DNA of 64,000 nucleotides from Candidatus Nomurabacteria bacterium. Lineage in GTDB: Bacteria > Patescibacteriota > Minisyncoccia > Phycocordibacterales > UBA9973. The position numbers were made by a program, and so were the translations under genes. Under the pieces are notes generated by a model. It made no database searches. It worked only from the letters and a program-made list of their open reading frames with translations, and was not told the origin of the DNA. Positions within the stretch are counted from its first letter, which is position 1. Each line of letters begins with the position of its first letter. The stretch spans positions 80,253-144,252 of the forward strand of contig JAHFNH010000001.1 in the NCBI GenBank assembly GCA_023267435.1, in the 5' to 3' direction. Shown here in pieces: positions 47,062 through 57,485 of the stretch.

Positions 47062-49578
47062 ATGAAGAAAATATTAAAAAATAAGCATTTAATGAAGAAC
47101 TTGGCATTATTTTTCGCTGGGGGTTTCATTATTTTGACCGGTGCATTGATTATCTTTATTTCTACCATCAGAATCCCTGATTTTCATTCTTTTGAAGATA
47201 GAAAAGTTATAAATTCTACTAAAATATACGATCACACTGGAGAAATTCTTTTGTACGATATTCACCAAGATGTGAAAAGAACAAATATACCATTCGAACA
47301 AATGGGTTCCAATATAAAAAATGCTACTGTCGCGATTGAAGATTCTGAATTTTATACTCATGGTGGAATACGAGTTACTTCCATTATCCGAGCGCTTCTT
47401 TCAAAATTATTTCATGTTGGAATAGGAGGCGGAGGTTCGACAATAACCCAACAGTTGGTAAAAAATACTCTTCTAACACAAAAAGTTAGCTATATTCGAA
47501 AAATCAAAGAATGGGTTTTGGCGATCAAAATAGATCGATCTATGCCTAAAGAAAAAATATTGGAATATTATTTAAATGAAATTCCTTATGGTGGAAATAT
47601 TTATGGAATAGAAGCAGCTAGTAAAACTTATTTCAATAAAGACGCTCAAGATCTGACATTAGCAGAATCAGCGTATCTAGCTTCTATCCCCCAATCTCCA
47701 ACCACACTTTCTCCTTATGGAAAAAATAAAGACAAACTAGAGAATCGAAAAAATTTAGTATTGTCTAGAATGAAAGATCTTAAATTCATCACAGTAGATG
47801 AATACAATAAAGCAAAAAGTGAAGTTGTGACTTTTCAACCACAAGCAACTGGTGGTATTAAAGCTCCTCATTTCATATTTTTTATAAAAGATTATTTAGA
47901 AAATAAATACGGCGCAGATATGGTGGAACAAGGTGGCTTAAAAGTGACCACCACTCTAAATTATGACTTACAACAAAAAGCAGAACAAATCGTAAAAGAA
48001 GGAGCTCTTCAAAATGAAAAAGATTGGAATGGTAGCAATGCTGGATTGGTAGCGATCGACCCTAAAACAGGACAAATTTTAACCATGGTCGGCTCACGAG
48101 ATTATTTCGATAAAAATATCGATGGAAATTTTAATATCGCGACAGCCACCCGACAGCCAGGTTCCTCTTTCAAGCCTTTTATTTACGCTACAGCCTTCAA
48201 CAAAGGCTTTACACCTAACTCTGTGCTCTTTGACTTACCAACAGAGTTTCAAACTACCTGTGACGCTTATGGCAAAGCATTACCAGGACATAATCAAAAA
48301 GATTGTTACAAACCAGATGACTATGATGGAAAATTCCGTGGACCGATGACCTTGCGTGATGCACTTGGACAATCAATCAACATTCCGGCTGTAAAACTAT
48401 TTTATCTAGTGGGACTGAAAGACGCATTAAAAACTGCCGAAGATATGGGCATCAGTACTCTTGGTGACTCAAGTCGTTATGGACTGACTTTGGTTATCGG
48501 AGGCGGAGAAGTAGAACTCTTAGATATAACTTCTGCTTATGGAGTTTTTGCTAATGAAGGTATTCGAAACCCAGCGACAGGAATTTTAAAAGTTGAAGAT
48601 TCAACTGGAAAAATTTTAGAAGAATTTACCCCAAACCCTCGAGAGGTTTTGCCAAAAAATACTGCTTTAACTATTTCTGATGTCTTGTCTGACAACACTG
48701 CACGCACGCCGACTTTCGGAGCGCATTCTGTATTACAAATCCCTGGCAAAGATGTCGCAGTGAAAACAGGAACCACTAACAGCAACAAAGACGCGTGGAC
48801 TGTCGGCTACACACCATCAATCGCCGTCGGTGTCTGGGCTGGAAACAATGACAATAAGCCAATGAAAAAAGGAGGTTCCGCCGTCGCAGGGCCTATTTGG
48901 AATAAATTCTTAATCGAAGCTATGAAAATATTACCAGATGAAAAATTTGAAAAACCAAACTTAGAAACAGATCCTCATGTGGTGAAACCAGTAATTCGTG
49001 GATTCTGGCAAGGAAATGAAAATTTCTTTATTGATAAAATTTCTGGAAAATTGGCGACTGCTAATACTCCTAAGGAAACAAAAGTAGAAAAAGTAATAAC
49101 GAACGTGCATTCAATTCTTTACTGGGTGGATAAAAAAGATATCATGGGTCCACCTCCAACCGACCCAACTAATGATTCTCAATTTAGTCATTGGGAAATT
49201 CCAGTGCAAAATTGGTGGGCAAAAAATAGTGCTAATTATCCAAAGATAACTTTGGCTGATAAACCAACTGCCTTAGACGATGCGCATACTGACGCCAATA
49301 AACCTGTCGTGGCAATCACAATACCAGACACAACCACTACCTACCCTGCTAATCAAAAAATAACATTGGGACTTTCCAGTACTGGACATTTCCCATTGCA
49401 AAAAATAGATATCTTTATTAATGATGTTTATTTAGGAACTTCTAAAACACCAATTAATTTCTCTTTCACTCCATCCGAACTCGACAACCTAAAAGAAACA
49501 AATGAAATAAAAATTATCTCCTACGACACTGCGTATAACAGCAGTGAAACTACTTCTACTTTTAATGTAAGTCAATAA
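47062..49578 (+). CDS. Class A penicillin-binding protein (glycosyltransferase plus transpeptidase, PBP1A-like)
   Basis: GT51 motifs EDSEFYTHGGI and GGSTITQQL. TPase SxxK in ATRQPGSSFKP, and KTGT. The start is moved to MKKILKNK so that it does not overlap tyrS. Confidence 0.85.
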   Translation: MKKILKNKHLMKNLALFFAGGFIILTGALIIFISTIRIPDFHSFEDRKVINSTKIYDHTGEILLYDIHQDVKRTNIPFEQMGSNIKNATVAIEDSEFYTHGGIRVTSIIRALLSKLFHVGIGGGGSTITQQLVKNTLLTQKVSYIRKIKEWVLAIKIDRSMPKEKILEYYLNEIPYGGNIYGIEAASKTYFNKDAQDLTLAESAYLASIPQSPTTLSPYGKNKDKLENRKNLVLSRMKDLKFITVDEYNKAKSEVVTFQPQATGGIKAPHFIFFIKDYLENKYGADMVEQGGLKVTTTLNYDLQQKAEQIVKEGALQNEKDWNGSNAGLVAIDPKTGQILTMVGSRDYFDKNIDGNFNIATATRQPGSSFKPFIYATAFNKGFTPNSVLFDLPTEFQTTCDAYGKALPGHNQKDCYKPDDYDGKFRGPMTLRDALGQSINIPAVKLFYLVGLKDALKTAEDMGISTLGDSSRYGLTLVIGGGEVELLDITSAYGVFANEGIRNPATGILKVEDSTGKILEEFTPNPREVLPKNTALTISDVLSDNTARTPTFGAHSVLQIPGKDVAVKTGTTNSNKDAWTVGYTPSIAVGVWAGNNDNKPMKKGGSAVAGPIWNKFLIEAMKILPDEKFEKPNLETDPHVVKPVIRGFWQGNENFFIDKISGKLATANTPKETKVEKVITNVHSILYWVDKKDIMGPPPTDPTNDSQFSHWEIPVQNWWAKNSANYPKITLADKPTALDDAHTDANKPVVAITIPDTTTTYPANQKITLGLSSTGHFPLQKIDIFINDVYLGTSKTPINFSFTPSELDNLKETNEIKIISYDTAYNSSETTSTFNVSQ

Positions 49579-49651
49579 AAAAGACCCTTCAAAACTTTTT
49601 AAGTTTCAAAGGGTCAAAGATTCAAAGTATCTAAAACAAAAGTGAAAAATT

Positions 49652-50293
49652 TCAGTTGCGGAAGAAGGACCTACCGCCAGCATCCCACTCACCCACAGGA
49701 TCGAAGTCATACACGTCCACGTGCCAACCGTCATCACGCAGGCGCACGTGCACCTTGCAAAGGCCGCCTTTCTTATTTCTAACCCAGAAAAGATTTGCTT
49801 GGCCATTATCTTTAAGAAGTTTTTCTCCTTTAACAATATGGCGTTCACAAATTTGTTTTATATGGGCGAAATCAACTTCTTTATAAATACCACCGGTTTT
49901 TGCATCACCAACAATATTTTCTTCTTTAATGTCTTCGGTGAATTCATAACTCGCCAACTCTACTTCTGGAGAATTTTTTACTTCACTGTCAAACCAGTTG
50001 AAAATATCACCATCAACATAACCAAAGATTCCACCTTTATCTTTGGTTTTGAAAAAATCTTTAATGTTGAAAGAAGCAGTAGCTTCTAAAGAAACACTAG
50101 AGACAACTTTTTTCAATCTTCCAAATAAGGTTTGTGCTTCGCCCAAGAATTTTTGCAAAGCGCCTTCATTCATGTTCACAAGTTTTTTGAGAGCCTTGCG
50201 AAGTAATTCACTCTTGTCGGCCTTATGGCCAATGTCTGCGATAAGTCTCCAACCACTTTCGATCGAAACTTTTTCGGTGTTGTTTGTTTTCAT
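49652..50293 (-). CDS. Hypothetical protein
   Basis: 213 aa, no motif. A hairpin follows at 49584..49620. Confidence 0.4.
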   Translation of the reverse strand: MKTNNTEKVSIESGWRLIADIGHKADKSELLRKALKKLVNMNEGALQKFLGEAQTLFGRLKKVVSSVSLEATASFNIKDFFKTKDKGGIFGYVDGDIFNWFDSEVKNSPEVELASYEFTEDIKEENIVGDAKTGGIYKEVDFAHIKQICERHIVKGEKLLKDNGQANLFWVRNKKGGLCKVHVRLRDDGWHVDVYDFDPVGEWDAGGRSFFRN

Positions 50294-50471
50294 TTTGCAC
50301 CAAGTATTTAATTATTAAATAACAAATTTGAGTTTCTTTGGGTAAGGCAGACTCATAATCCCTATTTACATATTATATACCCTTTTAAGCAAAAAGTCAA
50401 GGTTAATAAATCTTTATTTATAAGGTTATTTTACACACACGAAAGCAATTCCTCCGTATGCTATATGTTTA

Positions 50472-50729
50472 TTATCTAAAACCCTGCGGAGATTTTTTGC
50501 CCAACAATTCTTCTAGTTTATTAAAGATTTTTTCTTTCTTTAACAGAATCTCGTTTTTGTAGACTGGTTTGATATTTAAATATATCGTGCCGTTTTTTAT
50601 GGTTATATCTTCAGATTTTATTTGCACTCCGATTGCTTCCGAAATAACACTGCGAATCGTATCTTTTTGTGCCTCACCTAAGGACAGAAGATTTTGAAAC
50701 TTTAAAAGTAAATCTTTAATCTCAATCAT
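50472..50729 (-). CDS. DUF721 (DciA/RemB-like) small protein
   Basis: IKNGTIYLNIKPVYKNEILLKKEKIFNKLEEL fits the DUF721 pattern (DGTLyv.v.s..w.qEL......I..kLN). Located next to dnaN/dnaA. Confidence 0.45.
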   Translation of the reverse strand: MIEIKDLLLKFQNLLSLGEAQKDTIRSVISEAIGVQIKSEDITIKNGTIYLNIKPVYKNEILLKKEKIFNKLEELLGKKSPQGFR

Positions 50730-50761
50730 ACATTTTACCCTGAGGCCTTGCCTAAGGCATT

Positions 50762-51859
50762 TTAACGATTCATCGGCATTATAAGGTAAAGGAATGAAGG
50801 ATCAGAAACTCCAGAAACAACTATCGGACTGGAAGCTTGATTAAATTTAATAGAAACGCTATCGGTGGTGATTGATTGAAAACAATCCAGGAAATATTTG
50901 TAATTAAAACCAAGTTCTACTTCTTCTCCAGTCAGTGCGGCGTCGAGTAAAGTTTTATTCTCTCCCACGTCGTTGTTTTGGGACGACAATTCAAAAATTT
51001 TCTCTTTTGGTCTGATACTCAAGTTCACTTGATTAAACTTGTCTGAGAAGATATTTGAGAGCTTAAGGGCATTCAGCAAATCTTGCTTCAACACCACTGC
51101 TTCAGTCTTTGATTCTTTAGGAAGGATCTGTCGATAATCAGGAAAAACTCCATCAATCACTCGAGAAGTTAAATAAGTATTATTAGAAGAAAATGAAATT
51201 TGATTTTTATTAAAACAAACCTTTATTTCACCAGAAATTTCTCCGAAAACTCTTAATATTTCAGGAACATTTTTAAAAGGAATAAGAATGCCTGGAATTT
51301 CTTCTAAATTTTTAATTTTTACTTTCTTTTCGGCGAGACGGAAAGAATCTGTTGAAACAAAAACTAAATTATCTTCATTGGAATATATATAAACACTGGA
51401 TATTTCAGGCTTTATATCGGAAACAGAGGAGCTATAATAAACAGATTTTATGCCGTCGATTAATTTTTTAGCGTCTATTTCAAATTCCTTACCAGAAACT
51501 AGTGGGATAGTTGGAAAATCATCATGCAGCTGACCTTTTAATTTAATCTTACTTTTCTTTGTTTTAATAATTATATTTCCTTCTTCTCCTTGAATAGAAA
51601 CATTTTCATTTTGAATAACATTTGAAAAAATACCGGATAATACTGATCCATGAATAGCAGCTACGCCTTCCTCTTCTATTTTCGCTGGGATTTCTATTTC
51701 AATACCGAGGCTTAAATTCGTCGCACGAAGTTTTAAAGACTTACCTGTTGCTGTAAAAAGAATTGAACTTAAAACAGGCAGAGTTAAATTCTTTCCAGTT
51801 ATTCTTTCAACTTGATTAATTGCATTTTTTATTTTTTCTATTTCGCATTCTAGTCTCAT
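50762..51859 (-). CDS. dnaN: DNA polymerase III beta sliding clamp
   Basis: 365 aa with three-domain clamp features. Immediately downstream of dnaA. Confidence 0.85.
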   Translation of the reverse strand: MRLECEIEKIKNAINQVERITGKNLTLPVLSSILFTATGKSLKLRATNLSLGIEIEIPAKIEEEGVAAIHGSVLSGIFSNVIQNENVSIQGEEGNIIIKTKKSKIKLKGQLHDDFPTIPLVSGKEFEIDAKKLIDGIKSVYYSSSVSDIKPEISSVYIYSNEDNLVFVSTDSFRLAEKKVKIKNLEEIPGILIPFKNVPEILRVFGEISGEIKVCFNKNQISFSSNNTYLTSRVIDGVFPDYRQILPKESKTEAVVLKQDLLNALKLSNIFSDKFNQVNLSIRPKEKIFELSSQNNDVGENKTLLDAALTGEEVELGFNYKYFLDCFQSITTDSVSIKFNQASSPIVVSGVSDPSFLYLIMPMNR

Positions 51860-52128
51860 ATGTTTATATCTTATATATTTAATTTATTAATACTATTAGT
51901 AGTGTTGATAAGTGTATAAGTATATTAAATGTTTATTTATATAATTATTTTTAATATTTTATTTTTACTTTATCCTGATAACTTTTTAACTTATTAACAT
52001 ACTTATTTAACATCTATTTTTATTACAATATTTATTCTTTATTTTTCCTTAACTTATTATCTACTTATAATTTTTTTATTAACAGTTTTATTTTATTTAT
52101 TATTTGTTTTTCACCTACTTATCAACAA
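51860..52128. promoter_or_regulatory. Putative oriC (AT-rich DUE flanked by inverted DnaA-box variants)
   Basis: TGTTGATAA at 51902..51910 and its reverse complement TTATCAACA at 52119..52127 bracket a roughly 200-nt spacer of over 80% AT. A third TGTTGATAA lies at 53541..53549 upstream of dnaA. Confidence 0.5.
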
Positions 52129-53472
52129 CTATTTAAACATAACTCGTATTTGTTCCAACTCTTGTACTAATTGCTGATCATTTTTTAAATCTTCTTTTAT
52201 CTTTAAATAAGAATGAATAACAGTCGTATGATCTTTTCCTCCTAATTTTTGCCCAATCAAAGGATATGAAACATTAAAATCTTCTCGAAGAATATACATC
52301 ACCACTTGTCGCGCTTTTACTATTTCTTTTCTTCTAGTTTTTTCATAAACTGATGCTTCTTCTAAGTTGTAATGGTTGGTAACTATCTTAACCACATCTT
52401 TTATGGCGACATTTTTCTTGGGTCGAATATTATTTTTAAGTAGATTTTTAACTTCTGGTAGTGTTAAAGGCCTATTTTTAAGGCGATATTGGCAAACAAT
52501 CGTATTAAGACTACCTTCAAGTTCTCTGATATTTCCTTGAATAGCTGAGGAAATATATTCCAAAATATCTTGATCTAAACCAATACCAAGCTCTCTTAAT
52601 TTAACTTTTAAAATTGCCAAACGAGACTCGTACTCTGGTTCAGAGACATCTACTATCATTCCTGCCGCAAAACGCGACTTGAGACGGTCTGCGAGCTCTG
52701 GGATGTGGTTTGGGTGCTTATCGGAAGAAAATATAATCTGCTTGTTACTTTCATAAAAAGTATTGAATGTATGAAAGAGTTCTTCTTGAATTTTTTCCAT
52801 CTTGCCGATGAATTGAATATCATCGATGATTAGAAGATCATACTTGCGATACTTTTCTTTAAAAGAATTTGCTTTGTTTCCTTGGAGAGAGTTAATAAAA
52901 TCAGTCGCAAATTTTTCCAATGTCATGTAATGCGCTTTTTTATTTGGATATTTTTCTTTAATAGAGTTTCCAACAGCCTGAATCAAGTGTGTCTTACCGA
53001 GTCCAGTGCTTCCATAAACAAAAAATGGATTATATTTTGTTCCTGGGTTTTCAATAATCGCCTGGGATGCGGCATAAGCGAGCTCATTGAAAGTACCGAC
53101 AATAAAAGAATCAAAGCGATAGCGTGGGTTTAAATTGTCTTCAGGGCTGATATATAAATCTTTTAGAGGTAATTCTTTGTTTATTTGAACTTCGTTTGTT
53201 TTAGGTGATTCTTGTCTGTCAGGTTCTATTTTAGTTATTACATATTCTACTGCACGCATTGTCTCATAACCGTCGGCGATGGTTTTTGAAATAAGTTTAT
53301 GGTATTTGGTTTTTAACCAATCGCGCACGAATTCATTTGGCACGGCGACATAAATAACACCTTCTTCTTCTTTTAATATAGATGTATTTTTAAACCAAGT
53401 GCTGAAGTTTGCCTTTGAAACGCCAGCTTCAATCTCCACTAAACAATTCTTCCAAAGTTGTTTTATATCCAT
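52129..53472 (-). CDS. dnaA: Chromosomal replication initiator DnaA
   Basis: AAA+ GSTGLGKTHL, Walker B LLIIDDIQF, C-terminal DNA-binding helix-turn-helix. Confidence 0.9.
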   Translation of the reverse strand: MDIKQLWKNCLVEIEAGVSKANFSTWFKNTSILKEEEGVIYVAVPNEFVRDWLKTKYHKLISKTIADGYETMRAVEYVITKIEPDRQESPKTNEVQINKELPLKDLYISPEDNLNPRYRFDSFIVGTFNELAYAASQAIIENPGTKYNPFFVYGSTGLGKTHLIQAVGNSIKEKYPNKKAHYMTLEKFATDFINSLQGNKANSFKEKYRKYDLLIIDDIQFIGKMEKIQEELFHTFNTFYESNKQIIFSSDKHPNHIPELADRLKSRFAAGMIVDVSEPEYESRLAILKVKLRELGIGLDQDILEYISSAIQGNIRELEGSLNTIVCQYRLKNRPLTLPEVKNLLKNNIRPKKNVAIKDVVKIVTNHYNLEEASVYEKTRRKEIVKARQVVMYILREDFNVSYPLIGQKLGGKDHTTVIHSYLKIKEDLKNDQQLVQELEQIRVMFK

Positions 53473-53603
53473 TGCTTCACATTATACTACCCCGTAAAGT
53501 TTAGGGAACTTCCAAAAACTTATTAACTATGTTTATAAACTGTTGATAAGTCTAAAACTTTTTATAAGTTGATTTATTTAAAATAATATTATAGAATGCC
53601 TTT

Positions 53604-53741
53604 ATGTCACAGACGTACCAACCCAACAAGAGAAAAAGAGCTAAATCTCATGGTTTTTTAGTTAGATCCAAGATCAAGACTGGCCAGAAGGTTCTTTTAC
53701 GCAGAAGAAGAAAAGGACGCGCACAGCTTTCCACTGTTTAA
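53604..53741 (+). CDS. rpmH: 50S ribosomal protein L34
   Basis: [45 protein letters not shown]. This ORF is not in the supplied track. Confidence 0.85.
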   Translation: MSQTYQPNKRKRAKSHGFLVRSKIKTGQKVLLRRRRKGRAQLSTV

Positions 53742-53747
53742 TTTTTT

Positions 53748-54068
53748 ATGCTTCCTAAAAAGAATAGAGCCGACAGAAAGGCAGTTGAGAAAATCTTCAA
53801 GGAAGGTAAGTTTATTAATTCTCAAAATTTAACGCTCAAATTTATAAAAAGTGATTCTGCTGTTCCGCAGATTTCCTTTATTGTGCCTAAAAGCGTTGCT
53901 AAGCTGGCTGTTAAAAGAAATTATTTAAGGCGATTAGGATATTCTGTCCTAGAAAAACACCTAAAAGAACTGCCACCCATTACAGGCGCGTTTGTTTTTA
54001 AAAAGTATCAAGATGATATTTCAATACTAGAAAATGAAATTAAAAACATTTTTAATAAACTTAATTAA
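53748..54068 (+). CDS. rnpA: RNase P protein component
   Basis: Follows rpmH. Basic N-terminus MLPKKNRADRK. Confidence 0.8.
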   Translation: MLPKKNRADRKAVEKIFKEGKFINSQNLTLKFIKSDSAVPQISFIVPKSVAKLAVKRNYLRRLGYSVLEKHLKELPPITGAFVFKKYQDDISILENEIKNIFNKLN

Positions 54069-54249
54069 TATTTACCAAAAATACATAGGTCCCATTAAAA
54101 GGCCCAGTTGTGTGTTTTATCCTACTTGTTCAGAATATACCAAAAAAGCTATAGAAAAATATGGTGGTTTAAAAGGTATATATTTAGCTTTTCGACGCAT
54201 TTTGCGTTGTCACCCTTGGCAAAAAAACAGGATTGATCCTGTGAAATAG
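54034..54249 (+). CDS. yidD: Membrane protein insertion efficiency factor YidD
   Basis: YQKYIGPIKRPSCVFYPTCSEY. Confidence 0.8.
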   Translation: MKLKTFLINLINIYQKYIGPIKRPSCVFYPTCSEYTKKAIEKYGGLKGIYLAFRRILRCHPWQKNRIDPVK

Positions 54250-54366
54250 TTTTAGCCCAGCCCTAAAGGTTTTCGCCTGCGGGCACTGGCTTCGTTTTGT
54301 CCGCCAGAAAATTTTTAGGGCTGGGCTTTCCTTTGCATTTCCTGGCTTTTCGTATAGAATGGGAGG

Positions 54367-55095
54367 ATGCATTACCTTTGGGACACTATTTTATATAAGC
54401 CTTTTGTAAATATCTTAGCGCTTTTGGTTTCATTTATACCTGGAGGAGACGTTGGGTTTGCGGTTATTATCCTTACTTTACTTGTTAAAACAGCTCTCAT
54501 TCCCCTTTCCCAGCGTTCTATTGAAAGTCAGGCTAAAATGAAACTCTTGGAGCCTGAAATGAAGAAAATAAAGACCGGTGGCGCTACTAAAGAAGAACAA
54601 GCCAAGCAAACAATGGAGCTTTATAAAAAATATAAAACAAACCCTTTTTCCGGGTGTCTCTTGGTTTTAATTCAAATACCGATAATTTTAGCTCTTTATT
54701 ACGCTTTTTATAAAGGTATAAAATTTGACGGAGGCCTGCTTTACTCATTTGTTCATATTCCAGCAAAAATAAATATGGTTTTCATTGGATTGGTAGATCT
54801 GGGGCAAAAAAGCTTAGTGCTAGCTATACTCGCTGGTGTCTCTCAATTCTTACAAGCACACTATATGCCAAAATCTTTACCATCTTCTTCATCTGACAAA
54901 AGTTCTTTCCAGGAAAGTTTCGCTCAAAGTATGCAGATGCAGATGAAATATTTTCTTCCGATTCTAATTGTTTTCATTGCTTACAGAATTTCTGGAGTAG
55001 TTGCATTATATTGGATTACCAGTAATATGTTTACTGTGGTTCAGCAGATTTATGCCAGTAAAAAGAAAGGTCATTTAGAATTAATGATTCAATAA
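54367..55095 (+). CDS. yidC: YidC/Oxa1-family membrane insertase (short form)
   Basis: Five TM segments. PLSQRSIESQAKMKLLEPEMKKI and YWITSNMFTVVQQ. Confidence 0.8.
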   Translation: MHYLWDTILYKPFVNILALLVSFIPGGDVGFAVIILTLLVKTALIPLSQRSIESQAKMKLLEPEMKKIKTGGATKEEQAKQTMELYKKYKTNPFSGCLLVLIQIPIILALYYAFYKGIKFDGGLLYSFVHIPAKINMVFIGLVDLGQKSLVLAILAGVSQFLQAHYMPKSLPSSSSDKSSFQESFAQSMQMQMKYFLPILIVFIAYRISGVVALYWITSNMFTVVQQIYASKKKGHLELMIQ

Positions 55096-55110
55096 TAAAA
55101 ACATAAAAAT

Positions 55111-55593
55111 ATGAACAAAACAGAAATACAAAATTTAATTAAAGAATTGATCGAAAATATGAATGTTTCCGTGAAGGAAATTACAGTCTCCCAAGAAGAT
55201 GGTTCCAATACTGTTTGGTACTCAGTGAGTGTTTCTGAACCGCATCTTTTTACTTCACGAGAAGGTGAAGCTCTTTCTTCTTTGAATCATTTGGTCAGGA
55301 GAATTATTGAATCTAAGACGCTAGTAGAGGCAGGAGTGGAAAGTGTGAACACACCTATTTTAATTGATATTGGGGATTTTCAGAAAAAGAGAGTGGATAA
55401 TATTAAAGCAGTTGCTCATATGATGGCTGAACGCGCTAGGTATTTCAAATCAAATATAGAGATAGATCCAATGTCTGCTTTTGATCGACGTATTGTGCAT
55501 GATTTTCTATCAAGTTCTACAGATCTAAAAACAGAATCCACTGGTTTCGGTCCTTCTCGCCGAGTGGTTATAAAATATATTGGAGGAATATAA
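55111..55593 (+). CDS. jag: Jag/KhpB RNA-binding protein (KH plus R3H)
   Basis: R3H-like FDRRIVHDFL. Its position after yidC is canonical. Confidence 0.7.
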   Translation: MNKTEIQNLIKELIENMNVSVKEITVSQEDGSNTVWYSVSVSEPHLFTSREGEALSSLNHLVRRIIESKTLVEAGVESVNTPILIDIGDFQKKRVDNIKAVAHMMAERARYFKSNIEIDPMSAFDRRIVHDFLSSSTDLKTESTGFGPSRRVVIKYIGGI

Positions 55594-55600
55594 AAATTTT

Positions 55601-57448
55601 TTATTTATCTTGGGCGACACATTGATCGTATAAACTCTTTCTTAGAGGAGCTTCTTTTTGTGTAAATGCATCATTGCCATTACAGCTTCCGGATGTATAC
55701 ATTCTAAAAGTTCCTTCTATACTTCCGCATAGTTTATAGACTTTAGTCATATATTCTGATGCTACTAAAATATCTGTTGTATTATTATTTAATAAGTCTT
55801 TTGGAAAAATGGTGGTTGTGTTGGGTACAGTTGTAACTGTAATACCTTTATTATAATTAGCTCCTTTAGTTGAACCACTTGGGAAAAATGTAACACCAAA
55901 AAGTCCGACTGAATGAGAAAATCTCCAGTCTAAACCAAGATCATTCGCACTTGAGTTTAATTGATCGTTGTTTAGGAAAGAATGGTCCGTAATTTTTGGA
56001 TCAGTGCTATTTCCTGCTGGAAAACTTGTGCCATCGAATTTTTTACCTGACGCAATAAAATCTTTTCTAGATGGAACACCTGCAGATGGAACATTTTCAT
56101 CATGGCCAATGAGCCCTGTGACACCTCTAGATTCTCTTTGAATTGCCACTTGCAATAGACAGTGTGGAATATTGTATTCTTGTTTTACTGCGATAGTTTT
56201 TATTTGATCATAAAAGCTTGTTCTTTGGAAAGCTGTATCTGTTCCTTGTGTTTGAGAGAGGTTGTAATTATTTCCAGATGAATCAAATACCACTGACGCA
56301 TCATTTATCCCACTCAAACTCACATCTAGTAGTTGAGGATTAATAGTATTCAATAAAACATAAGAACCAAGTGCAATCAAAAGTCCAAAGATAGCATTAC
56401 CAATCCTTTTTCTACCTTCTTCTTTAGAAGTCATTAATTCACTAGTCACATACTCTATTCCACCTATTACTATCATTACAAAAGATAATACAGCACATAA
56501 TCCGATGAATATTCGAATCATTGTATTAAAATACTTACCAAAAACATTACCTTGAGTAGAATCAATGATTGTTATAGTATTTCCTCCTCCTGTTCCCTCA
56601 CCTGCCTTTGTTGGTAGTGGAGCAAGGAGTTGATATGTAGTGTCTGAATTGGGTGGAGGTAGAGTAACGGGTGTTATTTCAACTTGTACTTTTTTAGGGC
56701 TGAAGGTTTTAACAGTAGTGCTACAAACTTTATCAAAAGTATTTTCAGCACAGGCTGTATAGTAATACATTGTGCCTTCCACCATATTCTGCCCCTTATA
56801 TTTTTCTATAGAATTTTTGAAATCTATAGAAGCTTGGTTGTAATTTTCATCTCCATATAAACTATTTAGAGTCTTATGTGTTGTTTCAGCATCTAAATTA
56901 GCACTACTCAATCCATATTTAAACCACACAGTCACAGGATTCTTATTATTCTGCACCGTTCCTACCAACGTAGCACCTAAACCAGTTAGATTAATTATAT
57001 CTTTTGTATATACAGTCGGTGGTCTGCTTTCACTGATGACATGAGTTCCACCACCACTCGTATCAAAATCATCTTGAAACAATCGAACAACTTTATTATC
57101 GGGATACACACCTTCTATTCTATAAGTAAATAAATGCATGGATGCGGTGTATGGAAAAAGGTTTGTTGAATATGCAAAAGTAAGAGGCGCTGTACTTGCT
57201 GGGTCATATGATATATCAAGTTGTTTTGAAAATAATGCTGTTGTGTGATCTTTCTGATATATATATAGATAATAATAAACTGGTACTGGTTCTGTTAAAG
57301 AATCAATAACAACATGACCATTAACAGAGAAGGTTGTTCCCGTTATATCTGTTTTGTCGACTATTACATGCGCAGCCGCCTTAGCCTGAGATGCAATAAA
57401 AAAAGCAGAGATGATGAGCGTTAAGAATATGTATTTTAGGGTTTTCAT
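55601..57448 (-). CDS. Secreted single-TM cell-wall hydrolase paralog A, with a C-terminal lysozyme/SLT-like domain (T4SS-associated, VirB1/CwlT-like)
   Basis: Signal peptide and internal TM (IRIFIGLCAVLSFVMIVIGGI). C-terminal VAIQRES... and ..EYMTKVYKLCG..RMYTSGS resemble SLT blocks. The central 758 bp is identical to paralog B. Confidence 0.5.
   Translation of the reverse strand: MKTLKYIFLTLIISAFFIASQAKAAAHVIVDKTDITGTTFSVNGHVVIDSLTEPVPVYYYLYIYQKDHTTALFSKQLDISYDPASTAPLTFAYSTNLFPYTASMHLFTYRIEGVYPDNKVVRLFQDDFDTSGGGTHVISESRPPTVYTKDIINLTGLGATLVGTVQNNKNPVTVWFKYGLSSANLDAETTHKTLNSLYGDENYNQASIDFKNSIEKYKGQNMVEGTMYYYTACAENTFDKVCSTTVKTFSPKKVQVEITPVTLPPPNSDTTYQLLAPLPTKAGEGTGGGNTITIIDSTQGNVFGKYFNTMIRIFIGLCAVLSFVMIVIGGIEYVTSELMTSKEEGRKRIGNAIFGLLIALGSYVLLNTINPQLLDVSLSGINDASVVFDSSGNNYNLSQTQGTDTAFQRTSFYDQIKTIAVKQEYNIPHCLLQVAIQRESRGVTGLIGHDENVPSAGVPSRKDFIASGKKFDGTSFPAGNSTDPKITDHSFLNNDQLNSSANDLGLDWRFSHSVGLFGVTFFPSGSTKGANYNKGITVTTVPNTTTIFPKDLLNNNTTDILVASEYMTKVYKLCGSIEGTFRMYTSGSCNGNDAFTQKEAPLRKSLYDQCVAQDK
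56295..57052. repeat. 758-bp perfect direct repeat, copy 1
   Basis: Base-for-base identical to 59448..60205 on visual alignment. Coding in both copies. Confidence 0.8.
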
Positions 57449-57485
57449 CTTTCTTGCTATGTACTTTTTTAAAACACAAATAGAA

